64,000 bases of DNA from Sulfurospirillum sp. (GTDB lineage Bacteria; Campylobacterota; Campylobacteria; Campylobacterales; Sulfurospirillaceae), in assembly GCA_045047115.1 (NCBI GenBank), contig JASFYR010000008.1, forward strand, positions 77,278-141,277. Direction: 5' to 3'. The notes beneath the pieces were generated by a model. That model was not told where the DNA came from and did no database searches. It was given only the letters and a program-made list of their open reading frames with translations. Shown here in pieces: positions 10,264 to 19,942 of the stretch (position 1 is its first letter; each line of letters begins with the position of its first letter). The translations under genes were made by a program, and so were the position numbers.

Positions 10264-11562
10264 TTATAGGTTAAAACCTCTTTCGCCATGTATTGCTTCA
10301 TCAAGTCCTATTGTTTCAGTCTCTTCGTCAACTCTTCCACCACCGGTCAATGCTGAAGCTATATAGTAAACTATGACAGTTCCTATGAGTGTAAATGCTC
10401 CGACTACCAAGATAGACTCTAGCTGAACTAATACTTGTCCCATTCTGTCTCCCGTGGCTTTTAGAGGTCCGTCCCACAAGAGGTCATTGTCTTTGACTGC
10501 AAGGAAACCTGTTGCCAAAGCTCCCCATAATCCAGCCAAGAAGTGTATACCAAAAGCATCCAGTGAATCATCGTATTTTAATTTTTTCTTCAATACGGAA
10601 ACTCCAAAAAATGCTATAACAGAGCCAAATATACCAACTATTAAAGCTCCACTTACATCTACAAATCCAGCAGCAGGAGTGATAGCAACAAGACCGGCTA
10701 CTACACCTGAAACTGCTCCTAAAAGTGTAGTTTTTTTATAAACTATGTACTCTATAGCTATCCATGTAAGGGCGGCTGCTGCAGGTGCCAGCGTGGTTGT
10801 CAGATATGCAAGTCCGGCTATTGCATTTGCTCCAAATGCACTTCCGCCGTTGAATCCAAACCATCCAAACCAAAGCAGAGCTCCACCAAGAGCTGTCAGC
10901 ATGATACTCATAGGCTTCATAGCTACTTTTGGATAGCCTTTTCTTTTACCAATCAAAACAGCAAGAACCAAGCCTGCCAAACCACCATTCATATGTACAA
11001 CGGTACCACCTGCAAAATCAAGTGCTCCGGCATCAAATAAAAATGCGCCATCTCCACCCCAAACCATGTGAGTGATTGGTGCATAGACTACAATAGTCCA
11101 AATGGCAACAAATATAATCCAGGTTGAAAATTTCATCCTCTCTATGACTGAGCCACTTGCTATTGCTACTGTGATCGCTGCAAATGTTCCTTGAAAAACA
11201 ACAAATACATAAGTAGGATATGTGCCGCTTAAGTCATTCCACTTTATACCGTTTAAAAACATATTGTCAAATCCGCCTATAACAGCCTGCATAGAGCCGC
11301 CATTGCCAAATGCAACAGAATATCCGGCAACTATCCACACAACAAATGCAACAGTAAATGCTACAAAAACCATAGCATAAGAGTTGAGTACATTTTTAGC
11401 TCTGGTCATACCGCCATAAAAGAGTGCCAAGCCTGCTGGAGTCATAAGTAAAACCAGTGCAGCTGACATCATCATCCAGGCTGTATCTCCACTGTCTAGC
11501 TTATCTCCGGCAAAGCTAATCGTGGGTAAAAGTAGTAGTGTAGGTAAAAACCATTTTTTCAT
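10264..11562 (-). CDS. amtB: Ammonium transporter
   Basis: GLALFYGG, FQGTFA, DFAGGTVVH, WFGWFGFNGGS, GLVAITPAAG, DDSLDAFGIH. Confidence 0.97.
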   Translation of the reverse strand: MKKWFLPTLLLLPTISFAGDKLDSGDTAWMMMSAALVLLMTPAGLALFYGGMTRAKNVLNSYAMVFVAFTVAFVVWIVAGYSVAFGNGGSMQAVIGGFDNMFLNGIKWNDLSGTYPTYVFVVFQGTFAAITVAIASGSVIERMKFSTWIIFVAIWTIVVYAPITHMVWGGDGAFLFDAGALDFAGGTVVHMNGGLAGLVLAVLIGKRKGYPKVAMKPMSIMLTALGGALLWFGWFGFNGGSAFGANAIAGLAYLTTTLAPAAAALTWIAIEYIVYKKTTLLGAVSGVVAGLVAITPAAGFVDVSGALIVGIFGSVIAFFGVSVLKKKLKYDDSLDAFGIHFLAGLWGALATGFLAVKDNDLLWDGPLKATGDRMGQVLVQLESILVVGAFTLIGTVIVYYIASALTGGGRVDEETETIGLDEAIHGERGFNL

Positions 11563-11694
11563 AATCCATCTCCTTGTTTTTTTGATTGCAACAATTTTAG
11601 CAAAAAAATAGACATAAAATATTAATTTAGTGATTAAAAAATAGGCAATATAGAGTACCCGGTAAAATATGCTATAATATAAATAAATTAAGAT

Positions 11695-14600
11695 ATGGAA
11701 AACAAATTGAAATTAGAAGATTTAATCAAACAAAAAGTAATGATACTAGATGGTGCCATGGGTACCCAGATACAAAATGCAGATGTACCTGATATTGTTT
11801 GGGACGGATTAGAGGGATGCAATGAGATCTTAAACTCTACATATGCAGATTTGATAGGGGGTATCCACAAAGGCTATCTAAAAGCCGGAGCTGATATAAT
11901 AAAAACAAATACCTTTGGAGCGCTTCCTTGGGTGCTTGATGATTATGGTATAGCTTCACGGGCATTTGAACTTGCAAAAGATGGTGCAAAAGTGGCAAAA
12001 GATGCTTGTACTTCTTTTTCAAGTGACAAAAAACCTCGTTTTTGTGCTGGTTCACTAGGGCCAGGAACAAAACTTCCCTCACTGGGTCATATTACTTATG
12101 ATGAGATGTTTGAGGGTTACAAGATGGCTGCTTTGGGGCTGATAGAAGGAGGAGTTGATCTCTTTTTGCTGGAGACTGCCCAAGATCCACTCCAGATAAA
12201 AGCCGCACTTCATGCCATAGAAGATGCCCAGTTGAGTGATGCTGTAAAGCTTCCTGTTATGGTTTCGGTGACGATTGAGCTTAGTGGGACTATGCTCATA
12301 GGAACAGACGCTATGACGATAGCTACTATACTGAAACCGTTTGATGTGCTTAGTCTTGGTTTCAACTGTGGTACAGGACCCCAGCAGGTCAAAAAACATG
12401 TAAAAACTCTAAGTGAGATATGGGATAAACCTATCAGCGTACATGCAAATGCCGGACTTCCTCAAAACAGAGGCGGACACTCGTTTTATCCGATGGGACC
12501 ACGAGAATTTGCTGACTTTCAAGAGGGCTTTTTGGAATTTGACGGAGTCTGTCTGCTTGGTGGTTGTTGTGGTACTACTCCACAACATATATATGAGCTC
12601 TCCAAAAGAGTGGAAGGCAAGATACCGCTTTCCCCAAAAGGAGAACAACCTACCTCTTTGGCATCACTATTTGAGACTAGAACTATCAAACAAGATCCCG
12701 CACCGTTTTTGATAGGAGAGAGAAGCAATGCCACAGGCTCAAAAGCTTTTAGAGAGTTGCTTTTAGCGGAGGATTACGAGGGAACTCTATCGGTTGCCCA
12801 ACAGCAGGTTAGAAGTGGTGCACACGGGATAGATGTGAGTGTAGGCTTTGCCGGCAGAGATGAGAGCAGAGATATGAGAGAGGTTGTGAGTCGTTACAAC
12901 AGCAAAATCTCACTCCCTCTTATGCCTGATACTACACAGATCCATGCCCTTGAAGTTGCACTAAAGCATATAGGTGGGAAACCCATCATAAACTCTGTAA
13001 ATTTAGAAGATGGTATAGAGAAGTTTGATAGAGTTTGTTCTTTGGCTAAGAGATTTGGCTGTGCACTTGTTTGTTTGACGATAGATGAAAAAGGAATGGC
13101 TAAAACAAAAGAACAAAAGATAGAAATTGCACAGAGAATTTATGAATTAGCTACCAAAAAACATAGGATTGATTCAAGAGATTTGGTTTTTGATTTGCTC
13201 ACTTTTACTGTTGGGAGCGGGGATGAGGAGTATTTTACAGCTGCCATTGATGTCATAGAGGCTATAAGAGAGTTTCACAAGATGCACCCGGAAGTCGGTT
13301 TTGTGTTAGGGATTTCAAACATCTCTTTTGGTTTGGCAAAGCATGCCAGGGAGTATCTGAACTCAGTATTTTTACACCATTGTGTAAAAGCAGGTCTTAG
13401 TATGGCGATAGTAAATGTTAAAAATACGATACCGATGCACAAGATAAATGATGAGCAGAGAAAAGTATGTGAAGATCTACTCTTTAACAACCGAAGCGAG
13501 GGAGATCCGCTTTTTAAGTTTATAGACTATTTTGAAGATGTAAAAGAGACAAACCAAGAAGATGAAGATAAAGCTTTTAATGCCTTAAATACGCAAGAAA
13601 AATTAAAAAAATTACTTATAGATGGCGACAAAGAGAGAATGATGCCTCTTTTAGTGGATGCCAAAGATGAGATAGCCCCAGAAGTGATAGTAAATAAAAT
13701 TTTAATAGATGCTATGAAAGTAGTAGGCGAGCTATTTGGAAGCGGCCAGATGCAGCTACCTTTTGTACTTCAAAGTGCAGAGGTAATGAAAGCAAGTGTG
13801 GACTACCTAAATCCATATCTTCCAAAGATAGACAAAGAGAGTGAAACTACGCTCATACTGGGAACCGTCAAAGGCGATGTTCATGATGTAGGCAAAAACT
13901 TAGTTGATATTATTCTTTCAAACAATGGTTTTAAAGTGATAAACATAGGTATAAAAGCCGATATAGATGAGCTTATAAAAGCTTATGATGAGCATAAAGC
14001 CACTGCTATTGGTATGAGCGGATTGTTGGTAAAATCAACAAATGTTATGAAAGAAAATCTTGAAAAACTACAATCTATGGGGCTGAAAGTTCCTATTTTG
14101 CTTGGTGGTGCGGCTTTGACGGATAACTTTATAGAGGATTATTGTCGTCCTATATATGATGGACCTATATTTTATTGCAAAGATGCCTTTGAAGGTATAG
14201 AGGCGATGAGCAGGATAGAAAAAGGTGATTTTAATACTGACTTTGGAAGAAAAAAGATAGTTGAGGGGATAAAAAAAGAGCAAAAAGAGCTGTCTCCTAT
14301 GCCTGAGTTTAAAGATATAAAAATGCCCAGTCGTGATATAGCGATACCGACTCCACCTTTTTGGGGCAGAAGAGTCATAAAAGAGGGAATAAGCGATATA
14401 GCATATGAATGGATAAACCACAAGATGCTCTTCTCTCGTGCTTGGGGATACAGTGGCAAAGGGATGAGCAAAGAGGAGAAACAGAAGCAAAGAGATGATA
14501 CTCTATGGCCATTATATGAGAAGATAAAGTCTGAAATAGAGAAAAAAGGTCTTTTTGATCCGACTGTCATCTACGGATACTATCCTTGCAGGAGCGAGGC

Positions 14601-15174
14601 AAACAAGCTTTTTGTGCTAGATGAAAAGAGAGGCTATTTCAAGCCTGAGGATATAAACAAAGTGCCACTAAAACAGAGCGACATACTTCATACACTGGAT
14701 TTTCCAAGGCAGAAAAAAAAGCCCTATAGATGCTTGAGTGACTTTTTTGCAAATGACAGAGATGATGTGGTAGCATTTACATGTGTGAGTGCCGGCTCAA
14801 AGTTTAGTGAGTATGAAAAAGAGCTTTACAGTGAGGGAAAATTTAAAGAGTATCATTTGATACATGGTATAAGTGTAGAGATAGCAGAAGCTTTAGCAGA
14901 GGTTGCACACAAGCAAATAAGGCTGGATCTTGGTATCGCACAAAATGAAAAGCACTCTTTGAAAGATGTACAGATGAGAGCGTATCAGGGATGCAGGTAC
15001 TCATTTGGCTATCCTGCATGTCCTGATCTTAGTGACTCCAAGGTGATATTTGAGCTTTTGAAGCCTGAAGAGTTTGGTATAGAGCTGAGCGAAACTTTTC
15101 AAATCCACCCGGAGCAGAGCACTACTGCTATAGTGCTTCACCATAGGGAGGCTATGTATTTTAATGTTGGTTGA
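11695..15174 (+). CDS. metH: Cobalamin-dependent methionine synthase
   Basis: LDGAMGT, GGCCGTTP, IGERSNATGSK, GTVKGDVHDVGKN B12-binding motif, RYSFGYPACPD. Confidence 0.97.
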   Translation: MENKLKLEDLIKQKVMILDGAMGTQIQNADVPDIVWDGLEGCNEILNSTYADLIGGIHKGYLKAGADIIKTNTFGALPWVLDDYGIASRAFELAKDGAKVAKDACTSFSSDKKPRFCAGSLGPGTKLPSLGHITYDEMFEGYKMAALGLIEGGVDLFLLETAQDPLQIKAALHAIEDAQLSDAVKLPVMVSVTIELSGTMLIGTDAMTIATILKPFDVLSLGFNCGTGPQQVKKHVKTLSEIWDKPISVHANAGLPQNRGGHSFYPMGPREFADFQEGFLEFDGVCLLGGCCGTTPQHIYELSKRVEGKIPLSPKGEQPTSLASLFETRTIKQDPAPFLIGERSNATGSKAFRELLLAEDYEGTLSVAQQQVRSGAHGIDVSVGFAGRDESRDMREVVSRYNSKISLPLMPDTTQIHALEVALKHIGGKPIINSVNLEDGIEKFDRVCSLAKRFGCALVCLTIDEKGMAKTKEQKIEIAQRIYELATKKHRIDSRDLVFDLLTFTVGSGDEEYFTAAIDVIEAIREFHKMHPEVGFVLGISNISFGLAKHAREYLNSVFLHHCVKAGLSMAIVNVKNTIPMHKINDEQRKVCEDLLFNNRSEGDPLFKFIDYFEDVKETNQEDEDKAFNALNTQEKLKKLLIDGDKERMMPLLVDAKDEIAPEVIVNKILIDAMKVVGELFGSGQMQLPFVLQSAEVMKASVDYLNPYLPKIDKESETTLILGTVKGDVHDVGKNLVDIILSNNGFKVINIGIKADIDELIKAYDEHKATAIGMSGLLVKSTNVMKENLEKLQSMGLKVPILLGGAALTDNFIEDYCRPIYDGPIFYCKDAFEGIEAMSRIEKGDFNTDFGRKKIVEGIKKEQKELSPMPEFKDIKMPSRDIAIPTPPFWGRRVIKEGISDIAYEWINHKMLFSRAWGYSGKGMSKEEKQKQRDDTLWPLYEKIKSEIEKKGLFDPTVIYGYYPCRSEANKLFVLDEKRGYFKPEDINKVPLKQSDILHTLDFPRQKKKPYRCLSDFFANDRDDVVAFTCVSAGSKFSEYEKELYSEGKFKEYHLIHGISVEIAEALAEVAHKQIRLDLGIAQNEKHSLKDVQMRAYQGCRYSFGYPACPDLSDSKVIFELLKPEEFGIELSETFQIHPEQSTTAIVLHHREAMYFNVG

Positions 15175-15180
15175 ATTTAA

Positions 15181-15471
15181 GTGAGAAAATTTGACATTTT
15201 TAAAGCAAATCTGGCAAAACAGCTAAAACCAAAAACAAGCTGGTGGAGTTTGGCAGGTATCATTGTATTTTTCTTCTTCCCCGAAATCATAGCATTTTTT
15301 TGGGGAGATAAAATTATAGCCTATTCAAACCTGATGCAAAAACACAGTGATGACTATCTGATGCAAAAATTATACGAAATTCTAAAGATGTTCGGCGAAA
15401 ACAGCCTTTTTAATATCATCGTGGGGACAGGGTTGGTAATTTGGTTTTTTTATGAAAGAAGAAAGTCTTAG
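15181..15471 (+). CDS. Hypothetical membrane protein
   Basis: GTG start; two hydrophobic segments. Confidence 0.55.
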   Translation: MRKFDIFKANLAKQLKPKTSWWSLAGIIVFFFFPEIIAFFWGDKIIAYSNLMQKHSDDYLMQKLYEILKMFGENSLFNIIVGTGLVIWFFYERRKS

Positions 15472-15563
15472 TTTTAACCAACAAGTCTAATATATATTTG
15501 ACAGTCTTAAATAAGTATAAAGATGATACGATGCTTGCCAATAAATAGTTTGGATACACAAAG

Positions 15564-15890
15564 ATGTCGTTATTAATAAAGAGTTTACTCGGGGCAATTA
15601 CTGTTGTTATTATTGATTTTATGGCGAAAACCAAGAATTTTTATATTGCCGGACTTGCTCCGCTTTTTCCTACTTTTGCTATTATTGCACACTATATAGT
15701 AGGAAAGGAACATAATACTTCAGACTTGCAAAAAACAGTCTTGTTTGGTATTTGTGCACTTATTCCCTATTTTATTTATTTGCTTTCAGTTTATCTTTTG
15801 TGTACAAAATTATCGTTAATTCATACAATTATAGTCTCGACTGTGGCATGGATATTGACCGCCATAGTACTTTTATTATTGTGGAAATAA
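15564..15890 (+). CDS. GlpM/YdgC-family membrane protein
   Basis: KTKNFYIAGLAPLFPTFAIIAHYIVG signature. Confidence 0.85.
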   Translation: MSLLIKSLLGAITVVIIDFMAKTKNFYIAGLAPLFPTFAIIAHYIVGKEHNTSDLQKTVLFGICALIPYFIYLLSVYLLCTKLSLIHTIIVSTVAWILTAIVLLLLWK

Positions 15891-15988
15891 AAAAGCATAA
15901 TATCTCTTGACAAAGTTTTCTTATTGCGTTATCATTTCTTATGTAATTAGCAAAATTACTAAATACTTAATCTACAACGGGGAAACAG

Positions 15989-16345
15989 ATGAAAACATTA
16001 CTGATTTTTAATCATCAACCATATGATGGAAGCGATATAGCATGGAATGCTTTAAGGCTGGCAAAAACATTGTCTGAAAAAGGTGGCGAAGTTAGAATTT
16101 TTTTAATGAATGATAGTGTTGATTTGGCAAGAAATATTACAAAAAAACCAGATTTTTATGAGTATGATTTGGTGGAAATGTTAAAGGAGCTATATCAAAA
16201 TGGTATTAAGCTAAAAGTATGCGGGACTTGTCAGGCAAGATGCGGGATAAATAAAAATCAACCATATTTCAATGATGAGATTAAGGGCACTATGAGCGAT
16301 TTGGCTTTTTGGGTAGTTGAGTGCGATAAGGTATTGACTTTTTAA
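15989..16345 (+). CDS. DsrE/YchN-family sulfur-relay protein
   Basis: PYDGS..WNALRLA, IFLMNDSV, VCGTCQARCG, DKVLTF. Confidence 0.85.
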   Translation: MKTLLIFNHQPYDGSDIAWNALRLAKTLSEKGGEVRIFLMNDSVDLARNITKKPDFYEYDLVEMLKELYQNGIKLKVCGTCQARCGINKNQPYFNDEIKGTMSDLAFWVVECDKVLTF

Positions 16346-16378
16346 GCAACCCCACCAAAAAAGGAGATTTAAACAGAA

Positions 16379-16996
16379 GTGATTACATTGGTTTTTTTAT
16401 TAACATCTACAGTTATCATATTGGTGCCGGGTCAAGATATGATTTTGGTTATGTCTCGATCAATTTCCCAAGGACCAAAGGCGGGGATAATGACTGCTTT
16501 TGGAGTCAGTGTTGGATTGCTGGGGCATACGCTGCTGGCTACATTTGGTTTGGGTGCTCTTTTGTTGGCATCTGAATTTTTATTTGATATTGTAAAATTT
16601 ATCGGTGCAGGGTATTTGGTCTATATCGGATATCAGCTTTTAAAAACCAAAGATGACAGCATAGATACGGAAGATTTGCCAAAAGCATCTTACAAAAAGA
16701 TGTTCATGCAAGGTGTGATATCAAATATAACAAATCCAAAAGTTGCGATATTTTATTTCTCATATTTACCACAGTTCGTTGTTTCAAATGATGAAAGTCA
16801 GACGATGCAACTCTTCATATTGGGATTTACATTTGCTGTTTTAACTTTTAGTATCAAAGCACCTATCGGATTTATATCAGGATTATTGTCCTTTTGGATA
16901 AAAACAAGACCTGTTGTTTTAAAATATATACACAGAACAAGCGGTATTATTTTGATAGGATTGGGTTTTAAACTTGCATTGCAAAATAGAAGCTAG
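16379..16996 (+). CDS. LysE/RhtB-family amino-acid exporter
   Basis: PGQDMILV, GAGYLVYIG, NITNPK motifs. Confidence 0.9.
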   Translation: MITLVFLLTSTVIILVPGQDMILVMSRSISQGPKAGIMTAFGVSVGLLGHTLLATFGLGALLLASEFLFDIVKFIGAGYLVYIGYQLLKTKDDSIDTEDLPKASYKKMFMQGVISNITNPKVAIFYFSYLPQFVVSNDESQTMQLFILGFTFAVLTFSIKAPIGFISGLLSFWIKTRPVVLKYIHRTSGIILIGLGFKLALQNRS

Positions 16997-17032
16997 GGGA
17001 TAAAAACTTCTTTTATGATGATATTTTGGATG

Positions 17033-17058
17033 ACTGACCTTGACCATACAAGGTCAGT
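17033..17058. terminator. Hairpin between convergent lysE and eno (probable bidirectional terminator)
   Basis: ACTGACCTTG-ACCATA-CAAGGTCAGT perfect 10-bp stem. Confidence 0.6.
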
Positions 17059-17065
17059 TTCACTG

Positions 17066-18340
17066 TTATTTCCAGTAGTATCTGGCTCTATCGCCCAGTT
17101 TGTCCTCTATCTCTAAGAGTCTGTTGTATTTTGCTAATCTTTCGCTCCTTGAGGCGGAGCCTGTTTTTAGATGGCCGGTGCCAAGGGCTACTGTAAAGTC
17201 TGCCAAAAATGTATCGCAAGTCTCTCCTGAACGGTGTGATACAAAGGCTCTCCAATTATGTTCATAGCAAAGCCTCACGGCATCTACTGTTTCGCTAACC
17301 GAGCCTATTTGATTTAGTTTGATGAGCGATGCGTTCGCAGTGTGCTCTTTGATACCTCTTTCTATAAATTTTGTGTTAGTAACAAATATATCATCCCCGA
17401 CAACCTCTATCTTGTCGCCCAACTCTTTTGTCAATTTCTTAAATCCATCCCAATCCTCTTCGGCAAGTGGGTCTTCCCAAAGTATGATAGGGTATCTTCT
17501 TACCCACTCTTTTGCCATCTCTATGATTTCATCACTTGTTTTTATGCCGGCACCTGACCATTTGAGGTCATACTGTCCGGATTTTCCCCCTACAAAGGAT
17601 GTTGCAGCACTGTCAAGTGCGATAGATATATCCACACCCGGTTTGTACCCGCTTTTTTCTATCGCTTTTATGATGATCTCTATCGCATCTTCATTGCTGG
17701 CAAGGTTTGGTGCAAATCCTCCCTCATCACCGACTGAAGTAGCTAAATCTTTTTCTTTTAGTAGTTTTTTAAGCGTATGAAAAGTCTCAGATACATATCT
17801 CAAGCCCTCTTTAAACGAAGGTGCTCCAAAAGGTACAGCCATAAACTCTTGTATATCTACGCTATTGTCTGCGTGTTCGCCTCCGTTTAGGATATTCATA
17901 CAGGGGATAGGTATTCTGTTTGCCTCTGTGCCTCCTAGATACTCATATATCTCAAGATTATGACTTGCCGCGGCTGCCTTTGTGGTAGCCATAGATACTC
18001 CTAGAATCGCATTTGCACCTAGTTTGTCTTTGTTTTGTGTACCATCGAGATTTATGAGCAATTCATCTATCTTCATTTGCTCTGTTGCATCGATACCCAT
18101 AAGAGCAGGGGCGATTGCATTATTCACATTTTCAACAGCTCTCAATACCCCTTTTCCTCCATAGCGACTTTTGTCTCCATCTCGAAGTTCACAAGCTTCA
18201 TACTCTCCCGTACTCGCCCCACTTGGAACTGATGATTTTACTTTCGTGCCATCTTCTAACTCCATAAATACTCTCACAGTCGGATTTCCTCTTGAGTCCA
18301 GTATCTCCATTGCTCTTATGTTTTTGATTTTACTGCTCAT
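17066..18340 (-). CDS. eno: Enolase (phosphopyruvate hydratase)
   Basis: EILDSRGNPTV, VPSGASTG, LGANAILGVS, VGDEGGFAP, KLNQIG, SHRSGET; ATG 18340 follows AAGGAAGGA RBS. Confidence 0.96.
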   Translation of the reverse strand: MSSKIKNIRAMEILDSRGNPTVRVFMELEDGTKVKSSVPSGASTGEYEACELRDGDKSRYGGKGVLRAVENVNNAIAPALMGIDATEQMKIDELLINLDGTQNKDKLGANAILGVSMATTKAAAASHNLEIYEYLGGTEANRIPIPCMNILNGGEHADNSVDIQEFMAVPFGAPSFKEGLRYVSETFHTLKKLLKEKDLATSVGDEGGFAPNLASNEDAIEIIIKAIEKSGYKPGVDISIALDSAATSFVGGKSGQYDLKWSGAGIKTSDEIIEMAKEWVRRYPIILWEDPLAEEDWDGFKKLTKELGDKIEVVGDDIFVTNTKFIERGIKEHTANASLIKLNQIGSVSETVDAVRLCYEHNWRAFVSHRSGETCDTFLADFTVALGTGHLKTGSASRSERLAKYNRLLEIEDKLGDRARYYWK

Positions 18341-18371
18341 TTCCTTCCTTTGTTGTTTTTTGTTTATTATA

Positions 18372-18536
18372 TCACTTTTTCTGGTAGAGGGAGCAGGTTG
18401 TACCACTATTTTTCTTGACTATGATTGAAGGAATTAGTTTTGATTTGAAGCCGTAAGCCTTGCATCCATGAGGTCTGGTTTTTTCCCATGTTACATAGTA
18501 GTATTTGCATTTTTGACATATTATCTTTTTTTCCAT
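18372..18536 (-). CDS. 54-aa Cys-rich small protein, not in the ORF track
   Basis: MEKKIICQKCKYYYVTWEKTRPHGCKAYGFKSKLIPSIIVKKNSGTTCSLYQKK; CxxC...C...C; fills the gap co-directionally. Confidence 0.75.
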   Translation of the reverse strand: MEKKIICQKCKYYYVTWEKTRPHGCKAYGFKSKLIPSIIVKKNSGTTCSLYQKK

Positions 18537-18554
18537 AAGAAATTTTACAAAAAA

Positions 18555-18971
18555 TTAGTTGAATTTTAGATTTTTTTTGACACTTTTAAAGGCATTTTTC
18601 AAATCACTTTCTTGAACATTGTCATTTAAGTCTTTGTAGTAGCTAAATATCAAGTCATTCATGTCTTTATTCACTTCCATTCTTAGGTAGCTATTAGGAA
18701 AATTTGATAAAGTTTTTTTTGCTGCATTTTGATTACTGTTACAAACTATATTTGCTTTATATGATACCAATAAAAGATACTCGCATTTTTGTTTGAATGG
18801 ATATGATTTTTCAAGAGTTTTTTGCATCTTTACATTTTTTGGAAAGATAGAAAGTTGCAGGCAAGGTATGGTTTTACTTTTGTATGATTTATCATACAGG
18901 GTAGATACAGATCTGTCATTGCAACCTATGAAAAGAAAGAAAAGGGTAAAAGTAAGATGAAAAAGTTTCAT
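18555..18971 (-). CDS. Hypothetical lipoprotein
   Basis: Lipobox FIGC after a hydrophobic leader. Confidence 0.65.
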   Translation of the reverse strand: MKLFHLTFTLFFLFIGCNDRSVSTLYDKSYKSKTIPCLQLSIFPKNVKMQKTLEKSYPFKQKCEYLLLVSYKANIVCNSNQNAAKKTLSNFPNSYLRMEVNKDMNDLIFSYYKDLNDNVQESDLKNAFKSVKKNLKFN

Positions 18972-19009
18972 AAACCAGTCTGAGGTAAATATCTTATAAG
19001 ATTTCCTGA

Positions 19010-19666
19010 CTATATAAGTTGTGAGCCGTAAATAGCAGTGATTGCCAAAGTATAAGCTCCAAGCAGATAGACATTTCTAGGGTTTCCTGAAAGTTTTGGT
19101 GTTTTTATCTCTGATACATTTAAAACAGCCAATCCAACTCCGCAAATATATAGAATCATAGAAAAAGTAGCTTTATCTAAAAAGCTTTCAAATAAAAATA
19201 CAAAAACTAGAAGCAGACTGTTATTATCAAGAGCAAGCCCCGTATATTTTGTACCCCCTGCCAATCCATAGGTACTAAAATAACTTAGACGAATAGCAGC
19301 AGCAGCTAACATAAAAAATGCTCCTATTAAAAATATTGGCTCAAATTTCCCATAACTTAAAAGTAAAACAGCAGGAGCTACTCCATAACTTACTATATCT
19401 ATCGTAACATCTAATTGTCCACCAAATTTTGCATCTGTGAGTGTCCTACCTTTTAGTTTTCTAGCCACCAATCCATCAGCCCAATCAAAAGCAACAGCCC
19501 AAACCATACCAATCATAGAAGCTGCATAAAGGCCTGTAATACTAAAATAAATAGCCAATACCGTACAGGCTAACCCCGAAAGTGATAAAAGATTTGGAAG
19601 GTCTTTAACATAGGATAAGATTGTTGGTTGTTTTGCTACTAAAACTGTAGAATTTTTATTTGACAT
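19010..19666 (-). CDS. CDP-alcohol phosphatidyltransferase family protein
   Basis: DWADGLVAR...FGGQLDVTID = DxxDGxxAR...GxxxDxxxD motif. Confidence 0.9.
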   Translation of the reverse strand: MSNKNSTVLVAKQPTILSYVKDLPNLLSLSGLACTVLAIYFSITGLYAASMIGMVWAVAFDWADGLVARKLKGRTLTDAKFGGQLDVTIDIVSYGVAPAVLLLSYGKFEPIFLIGAFFMLAAAAIRLSYFSTYGLAGGTKYTGLALDNNSLLLVFVFLFESFLDKATFSMILYICGVGLAVLNVSEIKTPKLSGNPRNVYLLGAYTLAITAIYGSQLI

Positions 19667-19730
19667 AAAACGGAGTCCTTTAAATAAATGGTAAATTTGT
19701 TTGAATGATGCGATATATTTAGCATAAAAG

Positions 19731-19745
19731 TGGTATATTATACCA
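19731..19745. promoter_or_regulatory. Palindromic, overlapping bidirectional extended -10 promoter
   Basis: TGGTATA-T-TATACCA reads TGGTATAAT on - and TGGTATATT on +, between two divergent genes. Confidence 0.5.
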
Positions 19746-19760
19746 TAAATAATAATAGAC

Positions 19761-19923
19761 TTCCTGTATAGCTCCTATTTTGACACTTAGAGAGAGTTTT
19801 GTTGTCGCAAAATGCGGTAACAAACAAGACAGATAGCTAAAAACATAGCAAAAGCTACTATTTATCTTATCCAACTGAAGTTATTTTCTCTGTAAAATGC
19901 TGAGAATAGGTGTTGTGCAAGAA
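19761..19923 (+). ncRNA. Candidate structured leader RNA (unknown family)
   Basis: Long closing stem with many G-U pairs enclosing two hairpins; ends just before the AAGGAG RBS. Confidence 0.45.
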
Positions 19924-19942
19924 TGCTTAAGGAGATTATATT

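Noticed and set aside
17319..17780. Long antisense ORFs (this one and e.g. 40715-41191, 32035-32466, 14068-14490)
   Set aside because: Shadows of well-conserved genes on the opposite strand, with no recognisable motifs
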